From a virus (lineage: Duplodnaviria > Heunggongvirae > Uroviricota > Caudoviricetes), in the IMG/VR virus record IMGVR_UViG_2537561933_000012: DNA of 26,813 nucleotides; one strand, 5' to 3'. The translations under genes and the position numbers were made by a program. The notes under the pieces are model-generated. The model was not told the DNA's origin, did not search any database, and worked only from the letters and a program-made list of their open reading frames with translations. Shown in pieces: positions 8,954 through 17,143 of this stretch (position 1 is its first letter; each line of letters opens with the position of its first letter).

Positions 8954-9169
8954 TTACTCTCCCCGTGCAGCCTTACGCTTGTCTTCTCTGATTTTGAAGT
9001 ACAGATTTGTCAGATAAGTCAGGAAGCCCAGAACCAGACTCCCCAGTACACCAATCGCAGCCCACTGTGACGGACTGCCCTGATCAAGCCACTGTAAAAA
9101 CCAGTAGCCAGCACTGCCTGCGGAGGTGCCATAGGCAATGCCCGTTGAAATTTTGTCCATGGATTTCAT
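8954..9169 (-). CDS. Pinholin, S21 family, 71 aa with dual-start motif
   Basis: [29 protein letters not shown]... near-identical to recalled phage 21 S; Met1 and Met4 give the antiholin/holin pair. Confidence 0.85.
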   Translation of the reverse strand: MKSMDKISTGIAYGTSAGSAGYWFLQWLDQGSPSQWAAIGVLGSLVLGFLTYLTNLYFKIREDKRKAARGE

Positions 9170-9229
9170 AGCCTCACCTCCGCAAATAACGGATGGCGTA
9201 GTTTTACACTGAGAAATGAAAGGGATTTG

Positions 9230-9254
9230 AAAAGAAAAGCCCGCAAAAGCGGGC
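9230..9254 (-). terminator. Terminator-like hairpin between tRNA array and holin
   Basis: GCCCGC-AAAA-GCGGGC stem-loop followed on the minus strand by TTTTCTTT. Confidence 0.3.
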
Positions 9255-9329
9255 GAAACAATATATACAGTAAGGAAAGCACTCTATCCAACAAACCACC
9301 CACAGTTAATCGGAATAAAAGCAGAGTGC

Positions 9330-9402
9330 TTATGAATGATCGCCTGCCCGAAGGTTAGTATTTCTGCACAGCAATTTTGCAAAAAAAGGCGATCATTCAT
9401 AA
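9330..9402. repeat. 15 bp perfect inverted repeat (TTATGAATGATCGCC / GGCGATCATTCATAA) with 43 nt spacer
   Basis: Read directly from sequence; lies in the late transcript leader between the tRNAs and the holin. Confidence 0.6.
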
Positions 9403-9461
9403 CTTAAACGTCCTTCAGTCACTCCGGGATTTCCCATCATCGCAGACTGAAAGACTCTGAC

Positions 9462-9536
<75 letters not shown>

Positions 9537-9539
9537 ATA

Positions 9540-9615
<76 letters not shown>

Positions 9616-9617
9616 AC

Positions 9618-9694
9618 TGGACCGCCACCGGGGACTCGAACCTCGCACACTCAACTTAAAGAGTTGACGCTCTTTCCTGATGAGCTAGTGGCGG
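9618..9694 (-). tRNA. tRNA of uncertain identity (anticodon positions read UUU, Lys-like, but loop is UCUUUAA with C at position 33)
   Basis: Acceptor CCGCCAC/GTGGCGG, T-loop TTCGAGT, CCA encoded; non-canonical anticodon loop and one A-C mismatch in the T-stem. Confidence 0.5.
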
Positions 9695-9695
9695 T

Positions 9696-9771
9696 TGGTG
9701 GCCCTTGCTGGATTTGAACCAGCGACCTGGCGATTATGAGTCGCTCGCTCTCACCACTGAGCTAAAGGGCC
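9696..9771 (-). tRNA. tRNA-Ile2 (anticodon CAU, ileX/ileZ-like)
   Basis: GGCCCTTTAGCTCAGTGGT...CTCATAA...GGTTCAAATCC...AAGGGCCACCA, close to recalled E. coli ileX. Confidence 0.8.
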
Positions 9772-9780
9772 GGGCGCAGG

Positions 9781-9809
9781 ATAATAACGTTACGAAATCA
9801 ATGTTGCAA
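9781..9809 (-). promoter_or_regulatory. Sigma70-like promoter for the tRNA array
   Basis: On minus strand: -35 TTGCAA (9809-9804), 17 nt spacer, -10 TATTAT (9786-9781), ~10 nt before the tRNA-Ile 5' end. Confidence 0.5.
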
Positions 9810-9889
9810 GCATTCAAAAATCACCTGGTTAAAAATCACCCTTATCTCCTCCACCAGCGCATTCACCATGTCTATCCGAGATAAGTGAC

Positions 9890-9917
9890 ACAAAAAAACC
9901 CGCTTGATGCGGGTTTA
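9890..9917 (-). terminator. Rho-independent terminator (minus strand), possibly the tR-prime equivalent
   Basis: AAACCCGC-TTGAT-GCGGGTTT hairpin followed on the minus strand by a 7-T run. Confidence 0.6.
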
Positions 9918-9961
9918 AGTTGTGTGGCGAAGCGACCACTCTTAACAGATTAAGATAGTTT

Positions 9962-9991
9962 TTGCGTACGCGTTAGTGATTTTTTCATAAT
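9962..9991 (+). promoter_or_regulatory. Candidate promoter for the plus-strand cargo operon
   Basis: -35 TTGCGT (9962-9967), 18 nt spacer, -10 CATAAT (9986-9991). Confidence 0.3.
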
Positions 9992-10003
9992 TATCTGTAT
10001 CCT

Positions 10004-10915
10004 GTGGCTATTTCTCTTGCGCAAAGGATGCTTTTGATGACGCAGCAACTCGAAAACATGCCAATAACAGAAATCGAAATTGCCTACGGTGGAGAGGCAT
10101 ACGCAGATAATCAGATCGACGCGAAAACATTAGGCGAAGCCTTAACCTCTCTTAGTGCCCTGATTGAACACGCCGAAAAAATAATTAATGGCGAAACAGC
10201 AGAGCCGAAAGTCAACATCAAGGCAACAAAAGAAGGTTCATTTACTTTGCTTGTTGCTGTGATGGGGAGCATAAAAACTATTAACGCCCTTGGCCTCGTT
10301 GCAGGTGGTGGAGTTGCCGCAGGTGGCGTACTCGGGATAATCGAATGGCTCAAAGGGCGTAAAATCAGCTCCATTGTCGTCGATGAACAAAAAGATACAG
10401 CAGAAATCGAAGTGGATGGTGAGAAGGTTAAATGCAGTAACGACATTCAAAAATTAATAACCAGTCCAATCATCCGAAAAGAACTGGATAAATTAATCTA
10501 TAAACCCCTGCAGACTGAAAAACCATCCACGTTCTCAGTTTCACAGCAGAAGCATAAGGTAGTCAGGGTGACGCAAGCTGAAGCAGTAAGTTTTAAAACT
10601 GCAAAATCCACCTTTGTCGAGAAAACGCACGTAACGACACGCCAAGCTAATGTACATTTTGCTAATGTTCGATTCAAGCAAGGCAAAAGCTGGGATATCA
10701 TCCTGCCAAATGGCGAAGAAGTTAGCGCATCTATGAAAGATGAGGCTTTTCTTGAACGGGTTGAACACAACCAAGCAGCATTCTGTAAGGGTGATCTTTT
10801 TGTTGTAGAACTGACAGAAACAACAAAAGAAACAAATGGCGCGCTGTCTAAACCACGCTATAGTATTACTAAGGTTATACGCCACAGAGCGGCGGCAGAT
10901 AGGAAACTACTTTAA
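10004..10915 (+). CDS. Cargo operon gene 1: hypothetical protein with internal Gly-rich hydrophobic segment, up to 303 aa (true start uncertain: GTG 10004, ATG 10028/10037/10058)
   Basis: Long ORF; segment LLVAVMGSIKTINALGLVAGGGVAAGGVLGIIEWL looks membrane-associated; no family recognised. Confidence 0.6.
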   Translation: MAISLAQRMLLMTQQLENMPITEIEIAYGGEAYADNQIDAKTLGEALTSLSALIEHAEKIINGETAEPKVNIKATKEGSFTLLVAVMGSIKTINALGLVAGGGVAAGGVLGIIEWLKGRKISSIVVDEQKDTAEIEVDGEKVKCSNDIQKLITSPIIRKELDKLIYKPLQTEKPSTFSVSQQKHKVVRVTQAEAVSFKTAKSTFVEKTHVTTRQANVHFANVRFKQGKSWDIILPNGEEVSASMKDEAFLERVEHNQAAFCKGDLFVVELTETTKETNGALSKPRYSITKVIRHRAAADRKLL

Positions 10916-10918
10916 ATC

Positions 10919-11164
10919 ATGTCAATCCTAAGCATTATGCTTTACATCACTGTATTCATGGCTGTCGCAGCGACGGTCAGATATGCTGTGCTTAGGTTCT
11001 TGGTTTGGGTAAAGCCGAATGCGTATATTGAACTAACCTACACCGATCCTGAAGGCAGAACCGCTAAAAGGAAAGTCAGCGTTAGAAACGAAAATGACGC
11101 AGAAGAGTTGGCGCTACTGCTACGCGAACTCAAAACTCGCAACGAAGCAAGGGCAGGAAGGTGA
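10919..11164 (+). CDS. Cargo operon gene 2: small membrane protein, 81 aa
   Basis: N-terminal TM helix ILSIMLYITVFMAVAATVRYAVLRFLVWV then charged tail; starts 3 nt after gene 1 stop. Confidence 0.6.
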   Translation: MSILSIMLYITVFMAVAATVRYAVLRFLVWVKPNAYIELTYTDPEGRTAKRKVSVRNENDAEELALLLRELKTRNEARAGR

Positions 11165-11551
11165 ATGGCGAACACTAAATCCTACCTGGCAATGCAGGCA
11201 TGGTTTACCACCCTTATCACTGCGGGATTGAATTTCCTTTTTGACTGGCTTCCTCAATTAGCCTTCTTCAAATCATTGGCGCCTGGAGCTGCTGTCGGCT
11301 TATCTCATGTGGTAATTCTTCTTATCGCTTACATAGGTTTGCCTACGCTTAATGATGTAAGAATGAAAAGGGAAATAAAAACGGCCAGAAAATTCATCAC
11401 GAACTGCCTGGCCAACCCTAACCTAACACCAGACCAAATTGCGCACTACAACCAATGTCTTATCGATCTAGACAATAAGCTATTAAAAAACATAAATATT
11501 CGTATTGATGCTTTATCTGACGCCGAATCGAAAGCTCAAGCAAACGAGTAG
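11165..11551 (+). CDS. Cargo operon gene 3: membrane protein, 128 aa, two predicted TM helices
   Basis: Hydrophobic segments WFTTLITAGLNFLFDWL and AAVGLSHVVILLIAYIGLPTL; start abuts gene 2 stop. Confidence 0.6.
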   Translation: MANTKSYLAMQAWFTTLITAGLNFLFDWLPQLAFFKSLAPGAAVGLSHVVILLIAYIGLPTLNDVRMKREIKTARKFITNCLANPNLTPDQIAHYNQCLIDLDNKLLKNINIRIDALSDAESKAQANE

Positions 11552-11564
11552 TAACAGTCATAAC

Positions 11565-11921
11565 TTATGATAGAATCAAGCATATACATCCATCAATAAA
11601 GCCTAATGCAGTTTGCAGCTCCTTTCTTATAGTTCCATCTGAGCACCTGCGTTTCTTCGCGATTGAGCGTAGAGAAACACCAATAACAAAGTGAGCTATG
11701 AGCAGCTCATATTCCTCTGGTTTATACTTTCGCAACCGAGCCACACAACCGTCTATCATGATGCCTTCATCATCATCACACTGGAGACGTGACTTTTTGC
11801 CATGTGGCAAAAGCCTCTTGAAGCCCGCTGCTATCGGTTGCCAATCGACACCGCTATTTTCTGCTGCAGCCCATGCCCCCCAGCGATCTAAAACCTCATA
11901 CATATCACGCCCCATTACCAT
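11565..11921 (-). CDS. Late-gene antiterminator Q (QuuD/QuuQ-like)
   Basis: WGAWAA...IAAGFK...CDDD motifs as recalled for K-12 QuuD; position downstream of rusA. Confidence 0.6.
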   Translation of the reverse strand: MVMGRDMYEVLDRWGAWAAAENSGVDWQPIAAGFKRLLPHGKKSRLQCDDDEGIMIDGCVARLRKYKPEEYELLIAHFVIGVSLRSIAKKRRCSDGTIRKELQTALGFIDGCICLILS

Positions 11922-12276
11922 CGCCTCTGATTTCGCAAATCTTCACGCCCAGCCGCCCACCAGGAACGAGCTGACCGCGCACAATATTGATTTCATCAAA
12001 CTGCTCGTCGTCTATAAGTAGTCCGGCATGCGTCAGCGCATCCAGTGGTGCCTTCAGGATATTGTCCAGGTCGCGGCGGCGCTTATCCGGTGGCTCTGCA
12101 ATCACCTTTATCGCCAGCCTTCCGGACAGGCTTAATTTCAGCCGCTGCTGGCGAACAATAAGCGCCACAGCCCGGCGATAACGCTTTCCCTCCTCCGAGA
12201 TAAAATATGTGCTGCCACGGCGTCGCCAGTAAGTGTTCACCGTCGGCGGGTAAGGTAAAACCAAATCTATGAGCAT
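11905..12276 (-). CDS. rusA: Holliday junction resolvase RusA
   Basis: PDKRRRDLDNILKAPLDALTHAGLLIDDEQ matches the RusA catalytic core (K-12 [30 protein letters not shown], recalled). Confidence 0.85.
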   Translation of the reverse strand: MLIDLVLPYPPTVNTYWRRRGSTYFISEEGKRYRRAVALIVRQQRLKLSLSGRLAIKVIAEPPDKRRRDLDNILKAPLDALTHAGLLIDDEQFDEINIVRGQLVPGGRLGVKICEIRGDGNGA

Positions 12277-12288
12277 CAGTCACCTCTT

Positions 12289-13338
12289 TTACCCAAGCAC
12301 GCCAGTTGCAAAGGCGTGATCAAGAAAACGAAAAATTAAATCAACCTGAGAACCATGCTTTTCTTCGAACGCCAGCGGATCCGCATGAAGCTCGTTGTGA
12401 TGCTCCCGACACAGCGGTAGCGTGAAAATATCGTGAGATTTTGTCCCCATTCCGCCCTGACCATGACCAATCAGGTGATGGGGATCGTCGGCTGGCTTAC
12501 CACAACACGCACACGGCTGTGTCTTCACCCAGCGAGTGTATTTCTCGTTAACCCAGCGGCGACGTTTAGGTCGTTTCATGAAAGATTCCGGAGACTCAGG
12601 ATCAACGGCAATGCTGACCACCGTCTTTTCCTGTGGTGGGTTCTGTTGCTGGTGGGCGTGAGGCAGCGGCGCAAGATTTTTTGTGCGCTGTTTCAGTATG
12701 CTGGTGGCGGTCTGCTCTCCCGGTACGATGTCGCTTTCACGGTACATGGAGCGGATTTTTTCCACACGCAACCCCAGCGAACGACGTAATACCGCTTCCG
12801 GTAGCGCGTCCGCCACCTGATTGCGGACCGCCCACCAGGATAATTCAGCCAGAGATAATTCACGCTCCTGCGTACCGCTTATTGCGTGACCGATGACGTC
12901 AATCATCCATGCTGACAGGTTTTGATGAGCAAGTTGCTCGAGTGATTCGGATGTCTGGTCACGCAGCTGGTTGTCGCAGTGCCAGCACAACACCATTGCG
13001 CCGGTACCATAACGGTGAATAACGGTTTCGCTGTGATGATAATCGCCGTGTGGCCACTGGCAGGATTTAATATGGCGCAACAGCCAGTCAGACAATGCAC
13101 CAGCACCACCAGCAGCACGAATCACCCGCTCATCGCTGAAAAATGGCAGTAATGATTTATCCTCCGCCAGCGGCTGGCGAACGGCAGGAACGACCCCGGA
13201 CGGCAGACCGCGCATGCTTTTTGGCTCCGGTTCAACCAGCACTCTGCCGTTATGGAATACCTGCATGGATTCACGACCTGGCTTAACGATAACCACCCCA
13301 AGTTCCGGCACCAGAACAGGTCGAAGTAATACCCGCAC
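12289..13338 (-). CDS. DUF968/YdfU-like nin-region protein with C-terminal Cys/His cluster, 349 aa
   Basis: C-terminal CACCGKPADDPHHL...CREHHNELH (HNH/zinc-finger-like); position between a small nin ORF and rusA as in Qin ydfU (recalled). Confidence 0.55.
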   Translation of the reverse strand: MRVLLRPVLVPELGVVIVKPGRESMQVFHNGRVLVEPEPKSMRGLPSGVVPAVRQPLAEDKSLLPFFSDERVIRAAGGAGALSDWLLRHIKSCQWPHGDYHHSETVIHRYGTGAMVLCWHCDNQLRDQTSESLEQLAHQNLSAWMIDVIGHAISGTQERELSLAELSWWAVRNQVADALPEAVLRRSLGLRVEKIRSMYRESDIVPGEQTATSILKQRTKNLAPLPHAHQQQNPPQEKTVVSIAVDPESPESFMKRPKRRRWVNEKYTRWVKTQPCACCGKPADDPHHLIGHGQGGMGTKSHDIFTLPLCREHHNELHADPLAFEEKHGSQVDLIFRFLDHAFATGVLG

Positions 13339-13339
13339 G

Positions 13340-13612
13340 TTACCTCCAGATGCGTTGCTGGAATGTGCGGGACGGACGCGGTGGGCGTTCGGAATAAGGG
13401 AGCCTGACAGAAATTATCCAGTGTCGGAAGTCAGGGCCGAGGTCTTTCTGAAAGTCGTACCCACGCCTGCGGTAGTTCTGAATCAGCCATTCGGCCTGTT
13501 CTTCAGTGCATGGGGCATGCTGGTACCAGTCATATTTGAATGTATGAGAACGCCGCCCGTGCCAGCTGGCAAGGTCGGTATCAGAATTGTGATGTTTGGT
13601 ATTGTGCGCCAT
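13340..13612 (-). CDS. Hypothetical nin-region protein, 90 aa
   Basis: ORF whose stop abuts the DUF968-like start; family not recognised. Confidence 0.4.
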   Translation of the reverse strand: MAHNTKHHNSDTDLASWHGRRSHTFKYDWYQHAPCTEEQAEWLIQNYRRRGYDFQKDLGPDFRHWIISVRLPYSERPPRPSRTFQQRIWR

Positions 13613-13682
13613 CGGTTTTCTCTGCTGGCGCAGCAGGTGCCAGTTGTTCAGGCTGGCCTGTAGATTGTAAACCAGAATACGT

Positions 13683-13710
13683 AAAACAAAAAACCCGCCG
13701 AAGCGGGTTA
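13683..13710 (-). terminator. Rho-independent terminator downstream of the HTH-peptidase gene
   Basis: AACCCGC-CGAA-GCGGGTT hairpin followed on the minus strand by TTTTTTGTTTT; the 23 bp core is identical to 15523-15545. Confidence 0.6.
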
Positions 13711-13713
13711 TGC

Positions 13714-14835
13714 CTAGTGAATTTTGCCTCTAAGAGTTCGGTAAGATTGTAGTGAAACAACATCACCACTTCCTGGCAGTTCATGAACCGCAGGAAGATC
13801 ATCTCCTACTAACTCATAAAAAATGTCCACTTCTATATCCATTTCATCAGCTATACGCTGTGGGTCGTATCCTAACTCTTCAAATAAAAACGATAAAGCC
13901 CGACGGAATAACTCAGGACGCTCATGAGGGATTAGATAATCTTCTTTTTCATCAATAGCTTCCCCTTTCCGTTTCAACCCCATAAATGCAGTTCTGTACT
14001 GCTCATCAGTCAAAAGTCCTAATTGATGAGCCCTGTAAACAATGGCAGCCTTACTTACTTTCCATGTCAACTTAAATTGGCTTAGTCCCTGCCAATTTAT
14101 CCTCCCCCCCACAGGTCTTGGAAAATATTTCGCCATCGACGTTCTGGGAAGCAACAGAGCAGAGGCAAAACGGTTTGCCTGGGATTCAGTTAATCTATCC
14201 CCAGTAGAAATTCCTTCATGAAGAATCAAATGGGCAACCTCATGAGCAATATCAAAGCGTTGCCTACAAGGTGAATTTTTAGCTGTATTTCGAACAATAA
14301 AAGGCCTTCGTAGAGGAACAGACAGTGCATCTACTTCATCCGAAACGGAGTCAAATGAAGTAACAAACGCCCCAAGTTTCTCGGCAAGGCGAGTCATATT
14401 TTCAATTGGGCCAAAGCCTAAGCCCCACTCAATACGACATTTTTCTGCCGCTCGCTCGATATCTTCTTGTGTATGGACACGAAATTCAGGAAATCGAACA
14501 GGTGACAAATTAAGGTTATCTTCAAATACATCAATAAAACGACGATAAAACTCAGCCTTAGCGAGTGTTGATAGCTTCGTTGACATCCTTGTCGAGGCGC
14601 GTTTACGAAAATGTACAATCTCTTCATTAACAGGAGAATGTTCCTGCCCTTCGAAAAAGGCGGGCTTCACGCGCAAAACCTCGGCTAATTTATTTATAAG
14701 CTCTGGGGATGGAGTAGCTGAACCAGACTCCAGTCGCTGTACATACTGGCGTGTTTTTTCAACCTTCTCAGCAACCTGCTCCAGAGATAGCTCGTGATAC
14801 AGACGAGCAAGTCTTAAATTAGTACCGTTAAACAC
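13714..14835 (-). CDS. XRE-family HTH fused to ImmA/IrrE-type (M78-like) zinc metallopeptidase domain, 373 aa, GTG start
   Basis: N-terminal HTH (LSLEQVAEKVEKTRQYVQRLESG); HEXXH motif HEVAHLILH; GGGTGA Shine-Dalgarno-like sequence before the start. Confidence 0.75.
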   Translation of the reverse strand: MFNGTNLRLARLYHELSLEQVAEKVEKTRQYVQRLESGSATPSPELINKLAEVLRVKPAFFEGQEHSPVNEEIVHFRKRASTRMSTKLSTLAKAEFYRRFIDVFEDNLNLSPVRFPEFRVHTQEDIERAAEKCRIEWGLGFGPIENMTRLAEKLGAFVTSFDSVSDEVDALSVPLRRPFIVRNTAKNSPCRQRFDIAHEVAHLILHEGISTGDRLTESQANRFASALLLPRTSMAKYFPRPVGGRINWQGLSQFKLTWKVSKAAIVYRAHQLGLLTDEQYRTAFMGLKRKGEAIDEKEDYLIPHERPELFRRALSFLFEELGYDPQRIADEMDIEVDIFYELVGDDLPAVHELPGSGDVVSLQSYRTLRGKIH

Positions 14836-14845
14836 ATTTCACCCA

Positions 14846-15439
14846 CTATTTGCTATTTTGTTTCTTTTCCTTCTCAGTCTTAGACGCACTGATAGGTTCT
14901 AGTTCGATAGGTACCGGTGCTGGAGGTACATCATCGACAGAGTTCAGCATAACAACACGGTCCGCACCATATGTCCAAGTTGACACGATCTCACCAAACA
15001 CGTTATAGCCATTAAAAATGACTCTACCCCCCTCGCCTTCAAATTCAGGCTTTTCAACCACAAAGCGATGCATAGTTGGAGTAGTCTCCTCTGACTCAAA
15101 GAGTCGATCAGCATCATTTCTTTTGAAAAAACCGCGTTTCTTGGGGTTATCTGCGTCATCAGTAAAGAAACGAATAGGGACATTCCCAATTGAAAACGTA
15201 AGATCCATGCCAGGATTAAGTAGTCTTAACCAGTCATATGTCTTTCGTACGCACATTTGTAGCAACGCCTGCCGCTGACGCCCAAATGTACAACCACCAC
15301 GAGTGTAATTATCATCATAGGGCGATGACAATAACTCATGAGTAATATCCTGTATCCTGAGCAACTCCTCAGCTATAATGGTTAAACGCACCTCTGTTAA
15401 CTCAGGAAAGAACTCCCAAGGGAATGGATGGTTCTGCAT
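14846..15439 (-). CDS. Hypothetical protein, ~197 aa, upstream partner of the HTH-peptidase gene (candidate effector)
   Basis: ORF ending 10 nt before the HTH-peptidase start; ATG at 15439 with GGAG about 10 nt upstream; no family recognised. Confidence 0.55.
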   Translation of the reverse strand: MQNHPFPWEFFPELTEVRLTIIAEELLRIQDITHELLSSPYDDNYTRGGCTFGRQRQALLQMCVRKTYDWLRLLNPGMDLTFSIGNVPIRFFTDDADNPKKRGFFKRNDADRLFESEETTPTMHRFVVEKPEFEGEGGRVIFNGYNVFGEIVSTWTYGADRVVMLNSVDDVPPAPVPIELEPISASKTEKEKKQNSK

Positions 15440-15520
15440 AGACACTTCTCCGCCTAATCCGTGCAAAAAACGACTTTTGTCAACCAAGATATTGGTGCAT
15501 ATTCATAATTTTGTCAACCA

Positions 15521-15546
15521 ATAAAAAACCCGCCGAAGCGGGTTAA
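15521..15546 (-). terminator. Rho-independent terminator upstream of the two-gene cassette
   Basis: Same AACCCGCCGAAGCGGGTT hairpin plus T-run as 13683-13710. Confidence 0.6.
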
Positions 15547-15889
15547 GTGCGGGTGCGTTGAGGATGCCTGACACATCAGAGGTGGCGAGGGATTTCTCCC
15601 TCGCCTGGTCTCTTACTCCTCAGGTTCGTAAGCTGTGAAGACAGCGACCTCCGTCTGGCCGGTTCGGATTCGTACCTCGCAGAGGTCTTTCCTCGTTATC
15701 AGTACCGCAACAATTTCGTATTCATGATTCATTTCATCTAAAACAGTTCATAAACCTAAATAAATTCAAAAAATCACAACACAAATAAATATAAATTATC
15801 TCATCCTGAAGAACGATAGGATTATTTAGAATTAATAACAATTAATGTAACAATAATTATCAATCCAGATTATTCAAATAAAATGTCAT

Positions 15890-16936
15890 TTACCATATGG
15901 AGTTGTGAATGAACTTTAATTCATTTTTTATTTTGTTAACAGATAAATTCACGGATGTCCTAACTCTATTCACAGTCATTGCATCTCCTGGATTTAACAA
16001 CTCTAATGGTTTAGACTTAGCACTTGACATTCTGCCACTACCCAGAAAATCATCAAGAATCACAATGTGATTATTAGGATCATCTGTTGTAAAATTACTA
16101 ATATTTTGTCGAATTACCTCTCTTACAGCTTCGATGTACATTTTTGTCTGTTGATTTGGTTTATTCCTTGCTCCTGCCACTGTTGACCATCCGCAATGGG
16201 TAATAACCACCATCTGAATTTTTGGTGTATGGCCATCAGACGGCATTATCTTTCTAAATTCTGATGTTGGTTTAGTCAGAGTATCAATAAGTAATCTTAA
16301 TGAATTAATCGATTGCTGATCTGTCCTCACTGGAACTATTAAAGCATCTGTTGCATGCCAAGATAAATGCGTCGCTCCAGAGAAAAAAGGTGATGTATCA
16401 ATTAACGCTTTTGTAGTACCAGTTTCAACCATTTCTCTGGCTATTTCTTTCTTCAGAGAAAAAAGAATTGTATCAATAACAACCTGCTGAGTAGCCCCAG
16501 AAATTGTTCTGGCTTGAGCCAGAGCATTCGCCATTTGCGTAGGTAGAAGATAAAGTTGACTATCAGATTGAATAAAATAGTTATTCTTGCCCGCAAACCA
16601 AGCATTAGTTGATGATACTAGCTTTGCAGCACGCGTTGCAAATCCAAGCCCTGGAACAAAATAAGGCATTAAGAGGTCATTTGCAGTTGTGCTAGACGAA
16701 GATGCATAATTATTGTCAAAAAAATATGATAAATTTCCTTGCGGGCACGTATCCACGATTAATGCGTTATCCGCCAAATATGACAGATTAAAAGTTAAAG
16801 ATGTCTTACCAATGCCTCCCCGTAAATTACATACTGTATATTTATCATATTTCGGCAAATTAAGACTTCTTACATTACCGTCAGCAACTTCGAATTGACG
16901 CTCTATCAGAGCATTAACATTTGATTCACTAGTCAT
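15890..16936 (-). CDS. ParA/MinD-like P-loop ATPase (deviant Walker A), 348 aa, in an AT-rich island
   Basis: Walker A-like NLRGGIGKTS near the N-terminus; GGTGG Shine-Dalgarno-like sequence before the ATG; flanking DNA conspicuously AT-rich. Confidence 0.65.
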   Translation of the reverse strand: MTSESNVNALIERQFEVADGNVRSLNLPKYDKYTVCNLRGGIGKTSLTFNLSYLADNALIVDTCPQGNLSYFFDNNYASSSSTTANDLLMPYFVPGLGFATRAAKLVSSTNAWFAGKNNYFIQSDSQLYLLPTQMANALAQARTISGATQQVVIDTILFSLKKEIAREMVETGTTKALIDTSPFFSGATHLSWHATDALIVPVRTDQQSINSLRLLIDTLTKPTSEFRKIMPSDGHTPKIQMVVITHCGWSTVAGARNKPNQQTKMYIEAVREVIRQNISNFTTDDPNNHIVILDDFLGSGRMSSAKSKPLELLNPGDAMTVNRVRTSVNLSVNKIKNELKFIHNSIW

Positions 16937-17143
16937 ATCGCCACCATTAGTTTTACACTTTTATTGATGATATGGAAAACTAACCTAGTTGTCAACAATG
17001 GATTAAAAAACAAACACACAAGCGTTTATCAAAAGCACCTTGATTGGTGATACTACCGTGTCTTTCAGCCAAACAGTTCAGTATGTAAAGCGAATCCAAC
17101 ATCAATTAAGAACGTTTTCAGCGCTCCCCCAGTTGTCTAGATG

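Noticed and set aside
9890-10003. A specific pR-prime late promoter call just upstream of the 9890-9917 terminator
   Set aside because: Only about 87 bp separate the terminator from the cargo operon and no convincing -35/-10 pair was found on the minus strand; the late promoter may instead lie next to Q near 11560, which I could not confirm.
10111-10885. Four minus-strand ORFs (111, 70, 90, 114 aa) inside cargo gene 1
   Set aside because: Antisense to a longer, better-supported ORF; Cys/Ser-rich low-complexity translations.
12433-13118. Plus-strand ORFs 12433..12789 and 12633..12896, and minus ORF 12903..13118
   Set aside because: Embedded in or antisense to the DUF968-like gene.
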